The notes beneath the pieces were generated by a model. The model had not been told where the DNA came from. It was given only the letters and a program-made list of their open reading frames with translations, and made no database searches. A stretch of 64,000 bases of DNA from Owenia fusiformis (lineage: Eukaryota). Made by a program: the position numbers and the translations under genes. Each line of letters opens with the position of its first letter. The first letter of the stretch is position 1. The DNA lies in NCBI GenBank assembly GCA_903813345.2, contig CAIIXF020000001.1, positions 44,268,001-44,332,000 of the forward strand, given 5' to 3'. Shown here in pieces: positions 12,401 to 22,039 of the stretch.

Positions 12401-15400
12401 TTCAGAGTAAACCGATGTCACAGACAGATGGCAGAAATTGCAGTGAATGCTATTCTATCTGTAGCTGACCTAGAGCGTAAAGATGTGGACTTTGAACTCA
12501 TCAAAATGGAGACCAAAGTTGGGGGTAAACTCGAAGATACTATGTTAGTTAAGGGTGTAATTGTAGACAAAGACATGAGCCACCCACAGATGCCAAAGGT
12601 AAAAACTGTTTTTTTTGCTTGCATTCTTTTAGTCTGCCCCTCCCCCTGTCTTATTCTCTTTATATTGATTGTGGTTTAATAGTGGGGAATGGATCAGAGA
12701 CTAGGTGCTATGTATTTCAAGTGATGCATGGATGAATTCCTGCAAGTCCAGTTAAGTGGCTTGTCAGATCAGACACCATGCTAGAAAAAACTCCCTCAGA
12801 ACAATTTTCAAACCTTTAACCATAGGATTGTTAAACCGATTAGGGGGAAACAATATTTATTAGTACTCTCTAGCAAAATGATGATGCTTTTCTTATATAT
12901 CACAGAAAAATTTATATTCTCATCTAAGAGGTATAGAAAATATGTTTAACCAGCAATTTTCCATGTCATGTCAGGGTCATGGAATACCATTGATCAATAA
13001 AATCTGAATATTTGATTGTTTCAGAGAGTAGAAAATGCCAAGATGGCAATATTAACCTGTCCTTTTGAACCACCAAAGCCAAAGACCAAACACAAGTTAG
13101 ATGTCACTTCAGTAGAAGACTACAAGAAACTAAGAGAATATGAAAGACAGACCTTTGAGAAAATGGTCAAAGAGGTATTTATGTATTTCATGTGAAATAG
13201 AAAAAAAAAGTGAATGTATTGTTCAGAAGTTCCATAAATCTCCAAGCCAATGAGCCACAAACCTGTTGTACTCGAATTATAGACAATTAAGCCATTATTA
13301 AAGATGTGCAGTGATGATTTTACAATCCAACTCCTAATAAACATGATGAGGAAAATATTTTTCTGAGCACATATAACTATGCTAAGCAAACAGCAATGAA
13401 CTGTTATGGTTTGTATGTAATGGCCATGGTTTGTATGTAATGGCTATATGTGCATATTTAGCAACCCAAAGTCTACAAATCTTCAAGAAAATACGTATTC
13501 TCTTTGATTTGTACATTCTGGTTCTTGTTCTTGTTATATCATGATAGTCTATTTCTAGTTTTTGGAAATATAGTATAAATTGTGTAAGCAGTGGACTAAA
13601 CATCTTTGGTACTTTAAATAAGGTGTTCCACTTGGAAAGGCTCCACTTACAGAGGTTCATTTAACATTAAGTCAATAGTTCAAAGTGCTTTGAATTATTC
13701 CAATTATGGAGGTATTTCACTAATAGAGGTGTTCCACAGTATTGAAATAGGGTTTCCACGTTTTACAGTATTGAAATTAAACATTTTTTTTGTTGTCTTA
13801 CATGTTTTGCGTATTTTAGGTGAAAGATACAGGGGCCAACTTGGTGATATGCCAGTGGGGATTTGATGATGAAGCCAACCATCTTCTCTTACAAAATGAA
13901 CTACCAGCAGTCCGCTGGGTAGGAGGGCCAGAAATAGAGGTGAGACAAATGACACTTTTCTATTATGTACCTTACTTGAACATTCTGTTACATCTGGCTC
14001 AAATGACTGTTCAGAAGTGAGATCACTGGCTTAGGGAAAGACAGATGTCTTTTGTACAATGAAATTAATTGAACCTGTAGAGAATTTTTTCTAAAATATG
14101 TGGACAAATTTTAGAGTGAGATCTTTTTCTTTGAAAGTGAAACATATCCAGGATAAAATATCTGAAATATTTTAAGATAGCATTTGTGTCCAGATAAGTA
14201 TGGTATCTTATTATTTTGAAGGTTAAGTTCATATTTTGAATTGCAGCTAATTGCCATTGCCACAGGAGGTCGTATTGTTCCAAGATTTAGTGAGCTAAAT
14301 GCAGACAAACTGGGGCAGGCTGGTATTGTACGAGAACTTACCTTTGGTACAACAAAGGAACGCATGTTGGTCATTGAAGATTGCAAGAACTCTAGAGCTG
14401 TAACAATATTTATTAGAGGAGGAAATAAAATGGTATGTACTAATTAAAGAGAAATTTAAATTGAGAGCTTATTGCAGTATTGATAAAATTAGTAGGGAGA
14501 ATCAACCAACCAGACTTGTTCGACTCTAATATTATGTCTTGGCTATGTAGTGCTGTGTGCAAGTTCACCATCTTGTATATGCAACAGATTTGATGAGTGT
14601 TTTACTCGTCTACCTGATGCTCATATACTACAGGGCCATATATCAAAATCCACCATCATAGTGCTGTGAGAGGAACTCCCCCTCTTACCGTCTCCTATCT
14701 CTGGAACATTGCCATATAGAATATTGCACAACACAGATTGTCAATTTTTGTATTATTCTTGTTTGTGTCCTATTTTCTCATGTTATACATTATATCATGT
14801 TATACATTATATCATCATGTATATCATTAGAAATGGGGTTTCTCTTCCAGATTGTGGCTGAGGCAAAACGTAGTCTACACGATGCCTTGTGTGTCATTAG
14901 GAACCTAGTAAAAGATAACCGAATAGTATATGGGGGAGGTGCGTCAGAAATCTCATGCTCTTTGGCTGTACATAGAGCTGCGGACAAGGTATGTTTCTTT
15001 TCAAAATACAAATACTCCACTCTTAATTCTGTCCTATTTGCAAAGTATTTTAGAACACACCTGCTGATAATCTCATAAAATAGCTTTGTATATTAAAATT
15101 ATACAGAAACAAAATTAATTGATTTTTTGGCCATTGTAGTGCTGTGTGCAAGTCCACCATCTTGTATATGCAACAGATTCGATGAGTGTTTTACTCGTCT
15201 ACCTGATGCTCACATACTACGGGGCCATATATCAAAATCCACCATCATAGTGCTGTGAGAGGAACTCCCCCTCTTACCGTCTCCTATCTCTGGAACAGTC
15301 CAACCTGATTCTTATCTATGAAACTGGAAAATCCCCCCCCTCTTTACCAAGTGGGACTGAACCAGCCAATTATTATTAGATTTTATTCATTTCAGGTCTC

Positions 15401-16085
15401 CACATTAGAACAATATGCCATGAGGGCATTCTCTGAAGCCTTAGAGAGTATTCCACTGGCTTTGGCAGAGAACAGTGGTCTGGCACCTATTCAAACTCTA
15501 TCAGATATCAAGTCTAGACATGTTAAGGAGAACAATCCACGTCTTGGAATTGACTGTATGAACACTGGATGTAGTGGTATGTTATTGAACTATTCAGGGC
15601 TTTTTACACTTACTCACACTCAATTTACTTCCAAGTTCCTTTGAAAGAAAATATTTATCATAACAAGGATCACGTAATCTGGCAAAAATTTCATTCTCTG
15701 TACTCAGATTAATGTTACTATTATTTTAGATTTCCAATATGATCATGTTCAACTGTATTTCAGCTTTATAACTCACAACCAAACCTTTCTAAATTGTTAA
15801 CCTGTGTGTATATTGTTTATGTTTGGTTGTATGAATGCATATACCTGTAATATGCCTTCTTTTTGGGGTCAGGCATATGGCATGGACCAATCATATGTTG
15901 GGTCATATAACAGTGAAATAGTAATGCATGATATTCAGTATTGATATTGATGTGTTTCAGATATGAAAGAGCAGCATGTGATAGAGACACTGTTATCTAA
16001 GAAACAACAAATACTACTAGCCACACAAGTAGTAAAGATGATACTCAAGATAGATGACATTAGAGCCCCTGCAGATAAATTCTAG
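6477..16085 (+). CDS. CCT5: T-complex protein 1 subunit epsilon, 540 aa, 10 exons (6477-6581, 9734-9959, 10419-10617, 12406-12598, 13025-13174, 13820-13939, 14247-14432, 14851-14988, 15396-15576, 15961-16085)
   Basis: [86 protein letters not shown]. All introns are GT-AG and the exons sum to 1623 nt in frame. Confidence 0.97.
7154..7536. mobile_element. Degenerate fold-back MITE in CCT5 intron 1
   Basis: Diverged inverted arms (AAATGTTCCCTACATC / GATGTAGGGAACATTT; GTCTGTAAATTATCAG / CTGATAATTTACAGAC). Ends are approximate. Confidence 0.5.
8078..8208 (+). ncRNA. SNORA15: H/ACA snoRNA, SNORA15-like, copy 1 (CCT5 intron 1)
   Basis: Hairpin GCATGG..CCATGC, H box ATAGTA, hairpin TCCCT..AGGGGGA, ATA box. 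Pocket strands GAATT / TCAGACA pair with conserved 18S UGUCUGG[U]UAAUUC, 14 nt from the H box. Confidence 0.75.
9483..9614 (+). ncRNA. SNORA15: H/ACA snoRNA, SNORA15-like, copy 2 (CCT5 intron 1)
   Basis: Same two-hairpin structure, H box ATAGTA and ATA box, ending about 120 nt upstream of the 3' splice site. Confidence 0.8.
10144..10273 (+). ncRNA. SNORA15: H/ACA snoRNA, SNORA15-like, copy 3 (CCT5 intron 2)
   Basis: H box AGAAAA and canonical ACA (10268-10270). Similarity to the other copies stops at the predicted RNA boundaries. Confidence 0.85.
10750..11611. mobile_element. 862-bp non-autonomous TIR element, TAG..CTA termini, 9-bp TSD CATTCATTA (Academ- or Mutator-like)
   Basis: CATTCATTA|TAGTCATATAAATC ... 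GATTTATATGACTA|CATTCATTA, with long imperfect inverted arms. Confidence 0.8.
11660..12185. mobile_element. Fold-back MITE with CAC..GTG termini (Transib-like)
   Basis: CACTGGTGATCCACT ... AGTGGATCACCAGTG with arms of about 250 bp. The TSD is imperfect (TAAAA/ATAAA). Confidence 0.7.
12203..12268 (+). ncRNA. C/D box snoRNA copy 1 (CCT5 intron 3), guide for the 28S A-loop region
   Basis: C box GTGATGA (12208), C' ATGATGA, D box CTGA (12261). ACAATCCAAC is complementary to conserved 28S GUUGGAUUGU. Confidence 0.75.
12726..12855 (+). ncRNA. SNORA15: H/ACA snoRNA, SNORA15-like, copy 4 (CCT5 intron 4)
   Basis: H box AGAAAA and ACA at 12850-12852. Upper-stem changes are compensatory (GCAAGTC/GGCTTGT here vs GCAGGTC/GGCCTGT in other copies). 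Confidence 0.85.
13306..13370 (+). ncRNA. C/D box snoRNA copy 2 (CCT5 intron 5)
   Basis: Terminal stem GTGC/GCAC, C box GTGATGA, C' ATGATGA, D box CTGA. The guide ACAATCCAAC is identical to copy 1 while the rest diverges. Confidence 0.8.
13570..13770 (+). repeat. Dispersed MITE-like family with GTGTTCCACT motifs (copies ~40050-40210, ~44700-44880)
   Basis: Shared core AGGTGTTCCACTTATAGAGGTTCATTTAACATTAAGTC; the other copies end GTTTCAC(T/C)GTA (Tc1/mariner-type end). Boundaries are approximate. Confidence 0.6.
14540..14711 (+). ncRNA. SNORA23: H/ACA snoRNA, SNORA23-like, copy 1 (CCT5 intron 7)
   Basis: Long 5' hairpin, H box ATATCA, ACA at 14706. 3' pocket strands TCATAGT / CTCC, 14 nt from ACA, pair with 28S helix 69 GGAG[U]AACUAUGA. 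Confidence 0.75.
15128..15300 (+). ncRNA. SNORA23: H/ACA snoRNA, SNORA23-like, copy 2 (CCT5 intron 8)
   Basis: Near-identical to copy 1 exactly up to the ACA (15295); the flanks are unrelated. Confidence 0.75.
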
Positions 16086-17873
16086 AATCGCACAATAAAT
16101 CCAATATTCTGTCTATTCGCCAAATTTAACCAGTGGAGTCATTGTAACCCCAACACTTTTCTCAAGAACTTCACAATGGAGACGAGGCTGGCAGTTAAAA
16201 CTGGACTATCTTTAATATAATACATTGGTCACTTATTTATTAAGTTCCTTAACTTCAGATCCAGGTTAAATCATCTTGTAAATGGTGAATATCTCTCCAT
16301 TAAAACTGGACCATATGTGAGAGATAAAGCAGCTTTAGAGGAATTGGCTTATGTCATATTATTTATTGATAATTTCCTTAAAGCTCTATAAGGGTTACAA
16401 ATAGCAGTACCGTAATAGTAAGGTACTGTTCTATTCTCTCATCAGTGTGTTTTATGGAGAGCAGCTGGTCTCCGCTGAATATTTACTCTACCTGCCAACA
16501 AAACCAAAAATCCAATATTTGGGTTGTCAAGTATTTTACTATAATGTATATTGTTGCTGTGAGCATGTATGTTTTTGTACAGTTTGTATAAATATTGTGA
16601 AATATAACAATTGATTCATGTAAAAACTTAATTTTGATTTGTTGTTCATCAGTCTCGATCCCTAGAACATGTAGAAGGTCAATTTATCTTTTAGCAATGT
16701 AGTGTGATGAGCATATTGAGATTGGTTAGCCTAGTTGAAGTCTGGTATTTAATCACTATATCATAAGATCTTTACAGTCTACTCTAACTCAATTAAGTCA
16801 ATTTTGCTTATTCATTAAAGCATTAACTGAAGTTTATTTCACCCTGGTTTGTAGATTTGGAGTGTTTTCCATAGCATAATATTCTTTTGACATAACTAAA
16901 GGATGAGTCTGGATATATGCCCTTTTGGTCCCTCAGTTAAATGTATGTGAAACATGATTTTTATAACTGTCCTAGTTATATTTGTTAAGTAACAGAAAAC
17001 AAATAATCATTAAAAAACACCAATTGCAACATTTATGACATGTAAAATAGAAATAACATAAAAGACCCATGAAGAATTAAAAAAAATAAAAATATTTAAA
17101 TTTTTGGATTCAATTTTTTTAAATTTCCCGCCAGTTTAATTTGAAGTGAGGAAAGCAAGATGGCTGCCATTTGGTATAAGAAATATCAGAAAAAAGTAGC
17201 TTCACTTTTAGTTTTCACAATGAGCACTTTTCCAGTTTGGGCTTTTTGACTGATTCTGACTCTTCATCACCAGGGTCATGTATAGAGATTATAAAATTGA
17301 AACCAAAATGTTTTTTTTGTGCTCCGCATGAATTCTACCATGTTACATATTCAATGAGGTCACGTGAGAAAGCATTGCGCACGCAACAGACGTTTGAAAT
17401 ATCAGTGTGTTGCAGACACGCGAATAGAACAGACGTATCGCCTTTGGTGCGATATATACGGTTAGTGAATTAAATGTTTTTCATTAAACCTTCACTTATT
17501 ATTGAACAGCATTCTGTTGGGAAGCAAAAGAGTATAATTACAATTTTGTTATCTATGATGCTGATTTTTTTTTTTTCTTTGCCAAGTTCCGTTTCCTTTG
17601 TTTAAAAAGGCGGGAGAAACAGTCAATAAATATTGACTCGCCCTTTAATGCCTTTATGCATACGTTTTTCTACCACACTGCGTGGAATTAAAACGTCCTT
17701 TGACCATTCAACTGTTCAAAAACAGTTATTTATACGCGCTGTCGCATGATTGTACAATTCTGAGTACAAAAACATACCACGTGCAATATCATTGACACGT
17801 TCAACTGCTCAATAGCAGTTCTGCTCAATAGCAATCAGTTCATGCGTTCAGAGTTTGTGCATGTATAAATCGT

Positions 17874-19123
17874 ATGCAATCGAACATGTCACAAGCATTA
17901 AAGTCTAAACCTTCCTTTCAAGAAGATTTGGACAGTGGAACAAAGACAAAATCTTCAAAGAAGTCCAGCTCTATAAAAGCTAAAAGTTCCGACAAGTCGG
18001 TCATTATGAAGTCGCCAAGCTTGACATCAGAAGCCACTGCCTCTTCAATGGGAAGTGAGCCTTGTAAATCCACGAACAATGAATCTGGTATCCCCGTGAG
18101 CTTTGTACAGGATATTACAAATGCTATTAGCACGGGATTGGGATGTATCAAAGATACTATGGTCGAAGCTTTAGGTGATATAAAGCAATCTTTGAAAACC
18201 GACTACCAAAGTGGTCAATATGATGATTATGCAGTTATGGTGATATTCCTGATCAAGAGGATGAGGATCCTGACGTCCTTGAACCACCTGCTAAAAAGCA
18301 GAAAACTTCCTCGTCCGAATCGACTGAAGTTTTTTCTTCCCTTATGAATAAACTTCGATCTAAGACCAAGTTACAAGACGATAATGGACCTCCTTTATCT
18401 GAAGCTATGGCTGAAATCGTCACAGAACTAATCCAGGCGAAGCCAGAGGATGACGATATCGTTTCGAAATTAGATGGTCACAAGACGCCTGAAAACGTTC
18501 CATTATTGTGCACTACAAAGGTTAATGAACCTATTTGGACTCGGGTCTCAGCCGAAGTTCGCTCTAATGATATTAAATATCAAAAAGTGCAAACTCCCCT
18601 TGTGAAGGGTATAATTGCTTCTTCACGTGCATTGGAAGCACTGGATAATCTCAAAGAGACTCTTAGCAAAGAATCCGATGCTTTTGATGATGTGCTTACG
18701 ACCATCGCGGAATTAGTGTACGAAAATATGCTATTCAGCAGTTATGCAAACTTGAAACTTAACATGCGTAGACGTGAACTTTTCAAAAATGAAATTAATC
18801 AAAGTTTCAAGCATTTGTGCGCCAAATCTGTGCCAATTACCCAGTTTCTCTTTGGAGACGACATCTCTAAACAGGTGAAAGAGATAGCAGAAATGAATAA
18901 AACGCAACTGCGAGGCGTTTTTCCGTCTTCCACTCGGGGTAATCGAGGAAGGGGACGTGGTTACGGTGGACGTGGTCGTGGAAACAATTCCAACAACCAT
19001 TTTTTAGGCCAGGGCTACGGCAGAAACAACCACCAGCGGAACTCTACCCGATATCCCAACAAGAGAGGGAGAGGGGCCAAGAGCAAGTCCAGCAATGCCA
19101 GCGAGAAAACCACCAATCAATAG
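17874..19123 (+). pseudogene. DIRS gag-like ORF1 (frameshift near 18230)
   Basis: ORFs 17874-18347 and 18344-19123 join by one frameshift (the alternative frame reads DIPDQEDEDPDVLEPPAKKQK into MNKLR). Motifs VNEPIW, RRRELFK, LFGDD and an RG-rich tail. Confidence 0.75.
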
Positions 19124-19317
19124 GTCATGTTGACACTATTACAATAGACACTGCACCTGAAAAGGTAAGACAAACACTTAAAAGCTCTGTCAATTATTTT
19201 CAAGGTGGTCGACTTAAAATGTTCTTGCATGAATGGGAACGTATAACATCAGATCAGTCTATATTAGATGCTATCAGTGGTTACACGATTGAATTTTGAG
19301 ATGATGATATTCAACGA

Positions 19318-21234
19318 ATGCAATGGCCATGTAACACAAATTACTCAAGGTCAGATCATGAAAGCATGGATCTAGAAATTGCCAAATTTGCAAAAAAGGG
19401 TATCATTGTACCAATTGATGATTCTAAAAAAGGTCACGTGTCACCTATTTTCCTGCTACCCAAAAAAGACGGGTCAAAAAGAATGATCTTAAACTTATCT
19501 GATATAAATCAGAGTGTAGAATATCATCATTTCAAGATGGAAAATCTTCAACATGCCCTCAACATCGTGTCACCTAATATGTACATGAGTTGTGTCGACA
19601 TTAAAGACGCTTACTATAGTGTGCCAATTGCTACTGATTCTCAAAGGTTTCTGCAATTTGAATGGAAGGGCCAACTATATCAATACACTTGTCTAGCTCA
19701 AGGGTTATCTTCGGCCCCCAGACTATACACTAAAATTATGAAACCTGTTTTTGCTAAATTGCGAAATGAAGGCCATCTATCGGTAGCATATATTGACGAT
19801 TGCTGTCTATTTGCAGAAACCTCTGAGCAGTGTAAGCAGAACACCTATGACACAATCAATTTGCTCAGAACACTTGGCTTCATAGTTCATCCAGAAAAGG
19901 TTATCTTGACACCAACACAGGTAATAACTTTTCTTGGTTTCGAACTTAACAGTATCAATATGACTGTAAAACTTCCCTGTGATAAAGCACAAGTTGTGAA
20001 ATCTATGTGTAAATCATTATTGTCTCGTAGCAACTGCACAATCAGGGATGTAGCACAAATCATTGGTAAATTAGTATCATCTCTACCAGGTGTTCAATAT
20101 GGCCAGCTTCATTATAGAAATCTTGAAAGAGATAAAACAAAGGCTTTATCTATCAATGAAGGCAACTTTGATGCATGCATGCAATTATCAAATGATGCAA
20201 AATCCGACCTACAATGGTGGATTAATAATGTAACGAAATCCGTTAAACCAATTTCTGTTACAGATCCAGGTATGTTGTTACGAACAGATAGCAGCACAAA
20301 AGGTTGGGGTGCAATATGTGTCACCAATTCTGTTAGAACAGGTGGACGTTGGTCAGCTGAAGAAGCTTCCAATCATATCAATTATCTTGAATTGATGGCC
20401 ATATATCTTGCATTGAAATGTTTTTGTAGAGAAAAATCACACATCCACGTACGTGTTGAAACGGATAACACTACGGCTTTGGCTTACGTTAACAAAATGG
20501 GAGGTATCACATCGATTGCTTGTGATAACCTAGCAAAAGATATTTGGAAATTCTGCATTTTCAGAAATATCTGGCTTTCAGCAGCATTTATTCCAGGTTC
20601 TAAGAACACTGACGCTGATGAGGAATCTCGAGTATTCCATGATGAAACAGAGTGGATGCTCGACAAAGCAGTGTTCAATCAACTGATTAATCTGTCTGAT
20701 TGGCCATCTCCCGTAATTGATATGTTCGCTTCAAGATTGAATCATCAGCTCCCACGTTATGTGTCGTGGAAACCTGATCCAGATGCTGAAAATATCGATG
20801 CATTGAATATAATGTGGAATGATGAAACTTTGTATGTGTTTTGTCCTTTCAGTTTGATCACGAGAGTTCTAAAGAAGATCGAACACGATGCCATAACCAA
20901 TGCTATCGTTATAGCACCAGTGTGGACAACACAGCCATGGTGGCCGAAACTTCTGAGACTCTTGATCGATATCCCAGTGATATTACCCAAAAGGAGAACG
21001 TTATTGTACCTACCGTACGACAAACAGAAACGCCATCCTCTTTGGAGAAAGATGACTTTGACTGCATGTCTTTTATCCGGCGATCCATCGAAATCCAGGG
21101 AATTTCGAAAGACACTACCGAAGTCATCTTATTGTCTTGGCGATCTGCATCCAAAAAGCAATATGCTGTCTACTTACGTAAGTGGGTACACTTCTGTCAT
21201 AGACGGAAAATTGATCCATTTCAATCATCTGTGA
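19318..21234 (+). CDS. DIRS reverse transcriptase - RNase H - adenine methyltransferase-like polyprotein
   Basis: PKKDGSKRMILNL, DIKDAYY, QGLSSAP, YIDD; RNase H TDSS..GWG, HINYLEL, TDNTTA, ADEESR; MT-like DMFAS..YVFCPF. An in-frame TGA just upstream (~19298) truncates the N-terminus. Confidence 0.9.
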   Translation: MQWPCNTNYSRSDHESMDLEIAKFAKKGIIVPIDDSKKGHVSPIFLLPKKDGSKRMILNLSDINQSVEYHHFKMENLQHALNIVSPNMYMSCVDIKDAYYSVPIATDSQRFLQFEWKGQLYQYTCLAQGLSSAPRLYTKIMKPVFAKLRNEGHLSVAYIDDCCLFAETSEQCKQNTYDTINLLRTLGFIVHPEKVILTPTQVITFLGFELNSINMTVKLPCDKAQVVKSMCKSLLSRSNCTIRDVAQIIGKLVSSLPGVQYGQLHYRNLERDKTKALSINEGNFDACMQLSNDAKSDLQWWINNVTKSVKPISVTDPGMLLRTDSSTKGWGAICVTNSVRTGGRWSAEEASNHINYLELMAIYLALKCFCREKSHIHVRVETDNTTALAYVNKMGGITSIACDNLAKDIWKFCIFRNIWLSAAFIPGSKNTDADEESRVFHDETEWMLDKAVFNQLINLSDWPSPVIDMFASRLNHQLPRYVSWKPDPDAENIDALNIMWNDETLYVFCPFSLITRVLKKIEHDAITNAIVIAPVWTTQPWWPKLLRLLIDIPVILPKRRTLLYLPYDKQKRHPLWRKMTLTACLLSGDPSKSREFRKTLPKSSYCLGDLHPKSNMLSTYVSGYTSVIDGKLIHFNHL

Positions 21235-22039
21235 ACATAGGACTCGATTTTCTCACGTCTCTTTATAAGGACGATTTAAGCTACAGTGCTATTAATACGG
21301 CCAGGTCAGCGTTGTCATTCATTATATCACAAGACTCTGTTACTTTTGGAAATCACCCTTTGGTTTCTAGGTTTATGAAGGGTGTGTTCAACGACAGACC
21401 TCCGTTACCAAAATATGAATCAACATGGGATGTATCAGTAGTGTTAAACTTTCTCGAGACATTTTATCCCAATGAACGTTTATCATTAAAAAAGTAGTGA
21501 CACTTCTGGCGTTAATTACAGGTCAACGTCGTCAAACGTTGCATACATTGACAGTCGAGCATTGCATCGAAGAACACTCAGGTTATAAACTTATTATTTC
21601 ACAGTGTTTAAAAACATCAAAATGTGGAAAACCATTACCAATTCTCACTTTACCAAGATATAGCAATGTGAAATTATGTGTATGTGCGGCTTTGAAAGAC
21701 TATATTAATCGCACGGACACTCTAAGAGGTAACCAAAGTCAGCTACTCATTAGTTTTCAGAAACCATACGCAGCTGTATCTCTTGACACCATCAGTAGGT
21801 GGATCAAGCTCACTATCAAAAATGCTGGAATTAATGTCGATATTTTTAAGTCTCATTCCACACGCTCTGCGTCTACTTCAGCAGCACTAAAATAAAATGC
21901 AGGTGTTGGGCTAGATGTTATTCTTAAGGCAGCAGGTTGGTCTTCCAGTAGTACATTCGCAAAGTTTTACAATAAACCTGTGCAGAAAGATTCTGACAAT
22001 TTTGGATTAAGTGTTCTTAAAACAACTGAATCAAAGTAG
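20841..22039 (+). pseudogene. DIRS tyrosine recombinase (frameshift ~21495, nonsense 21893-21895)
   Basis: SYSAINTARSALS, GQRRQTL (catalytic R), HSTRSAS, then after TAA: AAGWSSSSTFAKFYNKP (W and catalytic Y), ending TAG at 22037-22039. Confidence 0.88.

Noticed and set aside
13940..14246. snoRNA in CCT5 intron 6 (ACATCTG/CAGATGT hairpin then ACA)
   Set aside because: A single weak hairpin with no H box, no second copy and no evident rRNA complementarity.
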